From an uncultured Acidobacteriota bacterium (lineage in GTDB: Bacteria > Acidobacteriota > Thermoanaerobaculia > Multivoradales > UBA5704), in assembly GCA_963700145.1 (NCBI GenBank), contig OY969474.1:2720001-2784000 (forward strand): 64,000 nt of DNA, in the 5' to 3' direction. A model generated the notes under the pieces. That model was not told where the DNA came from, searched no databases, and worked only from the letters and a program-made list of their open reading frames with translations. The position numbers and the translations under genes are program-made. Position 1 is the stretch's first letter. Each line of letters opens with the position of its first letter. Shown here piece by piece: positions 60,101 through 64,000 of this stretch.

Positions 60101-60631
60101 ATCGAGATGAGCGAGACCCATGCCGCAGAGAACGTGAGGAAGGACCTCGCCGCCGGCTACGAGCGGATCGTCTGCCTCGTGGATGAGGCTGTGAACCTCG
60201 CGGGGCTCAGGACGAAGCTTGGCCCGCTTCCGCCCAGCGTCCTTCTCGGAGAGCTTCGGGCCTTCGAAGCGCTCCTCACCCCCCTCCTCCCCACCCATCC
60301 ACCCCTACGAGGGCCGAACCAAAACAAAGAACCAAGACGCCGGCGTCGTTACGCAGCCGGAGGAGCCGCGCCCCTTCCGCTTCACGCGACCACTCCTCAC
60401 AGCGGCGCCCCCGCCCTTTCCGATCCGGGCGCGCTCTCGACGCTTGCGGCGGCGGAGTACCTGGGACTCAGCCCCGCGACCCTGGAGACGCTGCGCTGCC
60501 GCGGCGGCGGTCCACCCTTCGTGAAGCTCGGCCGGCGCGTCGTCTACCGCCGGGAAGATCTGGAGGCGTGGCTCGCGGAGGGACGCCGCTCCTCGACAAG
60601 CGAAGACCCTAGCCGAAACCCGCGAAGGTGA
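57200..60631 (+). CDS. VirD4/HerA-like ATPase fused to a wHTH/PD-(D/E)xK-like region and a C-terminal excisionase-like HTH
   Basis: GGSGTGKST; DPHGD; LYIDEF; H..W...RVDL...VAVEIE; AAEYLGLS..TL...R..GGGP.FVKLGRRV.Y...DL.AW. Confidence 0.85.
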   Translation: MLIDSRTVELTRRFYEWELRGRGWATYPYPVALEPPFQPFFSHHISTVVVDDGRRHSRLSSLIERLQGVQEAPRDLPAALPEPQTAADLRFDETALAEFVVALPEGTRVARGALLGFLRALASVGRRIAFELLGGDKRVEVRLAMARDDAPHVLGQLRAAFPAAVVVGAGESLREKWNKDEGAFVAIEFGLACEFMVPLSGRTSDEPLLPLIAALADVEAGELGLVQVLFEETREPWAASILRSVVTHTGQPFFADAPEVTALAKEKIASPLFAVALRIAGAAPRGDRAWDIVRRLAGGLAQFGSPRTNEFMPLPPSNPEVLAENLLNRTTHRPGMLLSAEELLSLIQLPGAGVQVPELWRGGQRSKRAPAEVSGPGCLLGRNEHAGESVEVRLPVDAKTKHVHVVGGSGTGKSTLLVRMILEDIEAGHGIGVLDPHGDLVDEVAARVPDSRLDDVVLFDPSNEETAVGWNILRAQSESEKDLLSSDLVGVFRRLSTSWGDQMTAVLGNAILVFLESERGGTLPDLRRFLIDESFRREMLGTVTDPYIRSFWQTEFPLLVGKRPQAPILTRLDSFLRSKLVRRVVTAAEPTLDFRKLTDSGMIFLGKLAAGAIGEENAALLGSLLVSKFHQVTLGREAQAIEARRPFFLYIDEFHHVATPSMASLFSGARKYRLGLTVAHQDLYQLHHSIPEVERALLGNAYTRICFRVGEDDARALERGFSFFTAEDLMRLGLGEAICRVGGRDRDFNLSVERLPALDPAEALGRRQALRDHSARRFARRPVEAPTMGDAPAPEAVTAPRSLDAPEVAPAPTPIRGEAVAEQVSRVEREPPIDKLTLDYLTLVASSPFLTVRERNRALGLSAWRGQRLKSAILRDALAQEVVVNPGGRGERFKLLDLTAEGRTLLARYGVSLSGGHGRGGLAHQWWAQKIAAWLAERGMDARIEDPSSGARVDLTFPLEGGSVAVEIEMSETHAAENVRKDLAAGYERIVCLVDEAVNLAGLRTKLGPLPPSVLLGELRAFEALLTPLLPTHPPLRGPNQNKEPRRRRRYAAGGAAPLPLHATTPHSGAPALSDPGALSTLAAAEYLGLSPATLETLRCRGGGPPFVKLGRRVVYRREDLEAWLAEGRRSSTSEDPSRNPRR

Positions 60632-60692
60632 TTGCTATGTGATTGCTGGCGGCAGGAAGTGCTATTGGGCGGATGATGCTAAGTACTTGATT
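60628..60692. promoter_or_regulatory. Arm-type repeat (60628-60653) plus IHF consensus site (60680-60692)
   Basis: 26-mer identical to 29924-29949; minus-strand AATCAAGTACTTA fits WATCAANNNNTTR. Confidence 0.65.
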
Positions 60693-60696
60693 ATAC

Positions 60697-60772
<76 letters not shown>

Positions 60773-60843
60773 ACGCGGAGAGGGGGCAGTGTAGTCGGCC
60801 GGGCTTGCACTGTCAAACACTTGGCTCGTAGATTGAGCGCCGC

Positions 60844-61338
60844 ATGGAGCGCGAGCTGCCGCCTTATACCGTCCCTGCCGGCACGGACATCGGGCACGTC
60901 CATCTCAAGGTGGCGGACATCGATCGGTCGCTCGAGTTCTACTGCGGGGTGCTGGGGTTCGAGCTGGTGATGCGCTACGGGCCGCAGGCGGCGTTCGTGG
61001 CGGCTGGGGGGTATCACCACCACATCGCCTTGAACACCTGGGAGAGCCGCGGCGGGTCGCCGCCGCCGCCGGGGCGGACGGGGCTGTACCACGTGGCGAT
61101 CCGCTACCCGACGCGGCCGGACCTGGCGGCGGCGGTGCGGCGGGTGCTGGCGGCCGGGGTCCGGCTCCAGGGGGCGGCGGACCACGGGGTCAGCGAGTCG
61201 GTCTACCTGGCCGACCCGGACCAGAACGGTCTCGAGCTCTACTGGGACCGGCCGCGCGAGGAGTGGCCGCGCCGGCCGGACGGCCTGCCCGCCATCTCCA
61301 CCGATCCGCTCGACCTCGAAGAGCTGCTGAGGAGCTGA
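60844..61338 (+). CDS. VOC-family protein (CatE-like)
   Basis: IGHVHLKV; GGYHHHIALNTW; GLYHVAI; DHGVSES.YL.DPD.NG.ELY.D. Confidence 0.9.
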   Translation: MERELPPYTVPAGTDIGHVHLKVADIDRSLEFYCGVLGFELVMRYGPQAAFVAAGGYHHHIALNTWESRGGSPPPPGRTGLYHVAIRYPTRPDLAAAVRRVLAAGVRLQGAADHGVSESVYLADPDQNGLELYWDRPREEWPRRPDGLPAISTDPLDLEELLRS

Positions 61339-61347
61339 GCGCGCGCC

Positions 61348-62202
61348 TCACTCGTCGCGCAGCGCCACCTTCACCCGCGCCCGCCCGAAGTACAGCTCGT
61401 CGCCGTGGCGGATGCAGACGCCGCGGCGGTCGTTGGCGCTGACTTCGATCGGGCGGCCGTCGCGGAAGATGCGCGTGCCGTAGGCGCTCCCCTCGTCGCG
61501 CAGCCAGTAGCACGCCTCGGCGGCGTCCCAGGTGATGCGGGCGTGCTCGCGCGAGACGGTCTGGTTGACCTCCCCCTCTTCGAGGAAGACGACGTCGTTG
61601 CGCCGCCGCACGCGGCCGTCGGCGTCGAGCACCTCGGCGAGGCGCCCGATCTGGACGCGCTCGGCGTTGGCCAGGTAGACCGGCTGCGACGCCGCGCCCT
61701 GCTGGACGGTGAGCACGAGGACCGGTCGCGCCGCTGGCGGCTCCGGCGCGCTCGGCGCCTCCGCGCCCACCGCCGCCCCCGCCCCCGCCGCCGCCCCCGC
61801 TCCCGCCGCCGCCGGCGCGGTCTTCTCCTCCCCGCGCTCGAAGGCTACGCGGTAGCGCGGCTCCCCCTCCGCCGCGCCCTCCCGCTCGCGCACCGCCACC
61901 TCGACCGTGAAGTCGTCCGGCACCCGCGCCCCCGCGGCCAACAGGCGCGCCCGCGCCTCGGCCGGCAGGTCCCAGGCCTCGCGCGCCAGCGCCTCCAGCA
62001 CCGCGCGCTCCTCCTCGTTCGCGGCGAAGAGGTCCACCCGCACGCGGCGGTAGGGGAAGAGGTTGCGGCCGCCGCCGGCGGGCACGACGCGGGCGGCGAT
62101 CTGGTCGAGGACCGCGCGGCGGACCTCCATCGGCTCGCTGCCGGCGATCCAGGGCTTGAGCCAGTGGCGGAGCTGCGCGATCAGGCTTTCGGGGTCGCCC
62201 AT
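61348..62202 (-). CDS. FHA domain protein (FhaA-like)
   Basis: IGR; VSREHA; D.GS..GT; GDEL.FG. Confidence 0.85.
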   Translation of the reverse strand: MGDPESLIAQLRHWLKPWIAGSEPMEVRRAVLDQIAARVVPAGGGRNLFPYRRVRVDLFAANEEERAVLEALAREAWDLPAEARARLLAAGARVPDDFTVEVAVREREGAAEGEPRYRVAFERGEEKTAPAAAGAGAAAGAGAAVGAEAPSAPEPPAARPVLVLTVQQGAASQPVYLANAERVQIGRLAEVLDADGRVRRRNDVVFLEEGEVNQTVSREHARITWDAAEACYWLRDEGSAYGTRIFRDGRPIEVSANDRRGVCIRHGDELYFGRARVKVALRDE

Positions 62203-62212
62203 GGCCGCGATC

Positions 62213-64000
62213 CTATGGCGGGACCGCCGGCCGCGGCGCGGAGGTCGGCGCCGCCGCCTCGGCCGCAGTCCGCTTGAACAGACCCAGCTTCGCGGCGGCG
62301 CGCACGATCTCGCCGGCGGCCGGCGCGGCGAGCCGCCCGCCGTAGCCGCCGTGCTCGACGATGACCGCCACCGCCAGCGTGCGCACCGCCGGGCTGGCGA
62401 CACCGAACGGCGCGAAGCCGATGAACCAGGAGTGCGACTTCTTGCCCTGGACCTCGGCAGTGCCGGTCTTGCCCGCCATCGGCGGCTGGATGCCGCCGAG
62501 ATAGCTGGCGGCGGTGCCGGAGGTGACCACCGCGCGCATGGCGCGGGCCAGCAGCGCCGCCGACTCCGGCGGCAGGACCGCGACCGGATCGCCGCGCGGC
62601 GACACCGACTCGTCCGCCGTCCAGCGCGGCTCGGGCGCCGTGCCGCCGTTGGCCACCGCCGCCGCCACCCGCGCCATCTGCAGCGGCGTCGCCACGACCT
62701 GCCCCTGGCCGTACGCGGCCTGCGGCAGGGCGTCGGCGAGCTGCTCGGGCGTGTTGGGGCTGGCGACCGAGATCCCCAGCAGGCGCGCCGTCTCGAGCAG
62801 CGGCTCCGGCCCCACCTCGTAGGTGCCGAGCTGCGCGAAGTAGGCGTTGCACGACTGGCGAATCCCCTTCTCCAGGTTCACCCGGCCGTGCGGGCTGGTG
62901 ACGATGGGATCGTCGCGGATCGCCCGCCCCCAGCCGCGCACGCGGTTGCCCACCCGCCCGCCGCCCAGCGGCAGGCACTCGAAGACCACTCCCGCCACGG
63001 CGGGGTCCTTGCGCAGGCCGGCCATCGCGGTGACGATCTTGAAGGTCGAGCCCGGCGGGTAGATGCCGTAGCGGGCGCGGTCGAGAACGCCGCTCATCGG
63101 GTCGTCCGACGGCTCGACCGGCAGCCGCCGCGGCCAGGGGTAGGAGACCGCGGCCAGCAGCTCGCCGCTGCGGGCGTCGAGCACCACCGCCGCGGCGCCG
63201 TGCCCGGCCTGGGCGGCCTGGCGGGCGAGGATGTCGCCGGCCGCCGTTTGCAGGCGCGCGTCGATCGACAGCCGCAGCGTGCGGTCGCGGCGCAGCAGGC
63301 TCTGCACGTCCTCGGCCTGCGGCTTGTGCCGGTGGCGGAGGAGCGGCACCAGCTCGCGGTAGTCGCGGCGCACGACCGGCGTCGTCGAGCCGTCCGGCTG
63401 CTCGACCTCGACGACGGCGGCGAAGTCGTCCCACCCCTGGAGGCGCGCCGCGGCGTCGCGCTCGGCGAAGGTGGTGTTGCTCGCCGCCCAGTTGACGCGG
63501 TTCCGCAGGTCGCCCAGAAGATGGAAGGTGCGCCCGGCGAGCGGGTACTCGCGGTCGGCGGCGGTCGTGCCCGAAGCGAGGGGGCGGCCCTCGCGGTCGA
63601 CGATGGCGCCGCGCGGCAGCGTCTCGGCGACGCTCATCAGGCGCGGGTTGTAGACGAAGCGGCGGTTGCCGTCGGCCTGGAGGACGAGGGCGCCGCGCGT
63701 CAGGGTCTGGTCGCTGCGCACCAACTGCACCTGCGCGGCGCGCGCGGCGATGGCGACGGCCGGCAGGGCCAGCGCCACGGCCACCCAGCGCAGCGGCCGG
63801 CGGAAGGGCTCGGTGACACCCACTTCGCCGCGTTTGGCCGACACCGCGAGCAGGATCCCCGCCAGCAGGAAGTTGGCGAGCATGGCGCTCCGGCCGGCCG
63901 AGAGGAACGGCGTGACGACGCCGGTGAGCGGCACCACGCCGAGGACGCCGCCGGCGATGAGCACCACCTGGACGGCGAGGAGCAGCGTCGCCCCGAGCGC
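62213..64000 (-). CDS. SEDS (RodA/FtsW)-class B PBP transpeptidase fusion (5' end off window)
   Basis: SEDS motif PLTGV.TPFLS.G.S in the same frame as STFK, SCN and KTGT. Confidence 0.85.
   Translation of the reverse strand, partial: ALGATLLLAVQVVLIAGGVLGVVPLTGVVTPFLSAGRSAMLANFLLAGILLAVSAKRGEVGVTEPFRRPLRWVAVALALPAVAIAARAAQVQLVRSDQTLTRGALVLQADGNRRFVYNPRLMSVAETLPRGAIVDREGRPLASGTTAADREYPLAGRTFHLLGDLRNRVNWAASNTTFAERDAAARLQGWDDFAAVVEVEQPDGSTTPVVRRDYRELVPLLRHRHKPQAEDVQSLLRRDRTLRLSIDARLQTAAGDILARQAAQAGHGAAAVVLDARSGELLAAVSYPWPRRLPVEPSDDPMSGVLDRARYGIYPPGSTFKIVTAMAGLRKDPAVAGVVFECLPLGGGRVGNRVRGWGRAIRDDPIVTSPHGRVNLEKGIRQSCNAYFAQLGTYEVGPEPLLETARLLGISVASPNTPEQLADALPQAAYGQGQVVATPLQMARVAAAVANGGTAPEPRWTADESVSPRGDPVAVLPPESAALLARAMRAVVTSGTAASYLGGIQPPMAGKTGTAEVQGKKSHSWFIGFAPFGVASPAVRTLAVAVIVEHGGYGGRLAAPAAGEIVRAAAKLGLFKRTAAEAAAPTSAPRPAVPP

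Overview
Very GC-rich bacterial chromosome. The gene style (DUF4388 proteins, YfhO-like GT-C proteins, repeated 'WFF..N.EL.VKVLDG' domains) suggests Acidobacteriota/Thermoanaerobaculia; this is an inference. Bases 1-29.7 kb and 60.7-64 kb are host backbone: xdhC-like gene, a surface-glycan locus, M10 protease, moeA, MacA/B-like pair, HtrA, tRNA-Sec, BlaR1/BlaI, DUF1501/DUF1800, DUF4388-GAF-receiver genes, a PIN toxin-antitoxin pair, VOC, FHA and a SEDS-PBP fusion. The backbone also carries four copies of an intergenic stem-loop repeat whose arms covary. Bases 29770-60745 are a ~31 kb lower-GC island integrated in tRNA-Ala(GGC), with a 50-bp att duplication, arm-type repeats and a tyrosine integrase. 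It holds IS256, a TPR/secreted-peptide/ECF-sigma trio, putative defence genes, symE, a large serine recombinase, a primase/ATPase/iteron module, two VirD4/HerA-like ATPases and a methyltransferase-YhhQ-membrane protein cassette. The most unusual signal is that a site inside the 3' end of the serine recombinase gene recurs twice downstream in the same orientation. One copy retains a recognisable alternative recombinase C-terminal tail. These sites delimit cargo units, suggesting integron-like cassette accretion driven by a serine recombinase. All family assignments come from motif recognition by eye, not from database searches.
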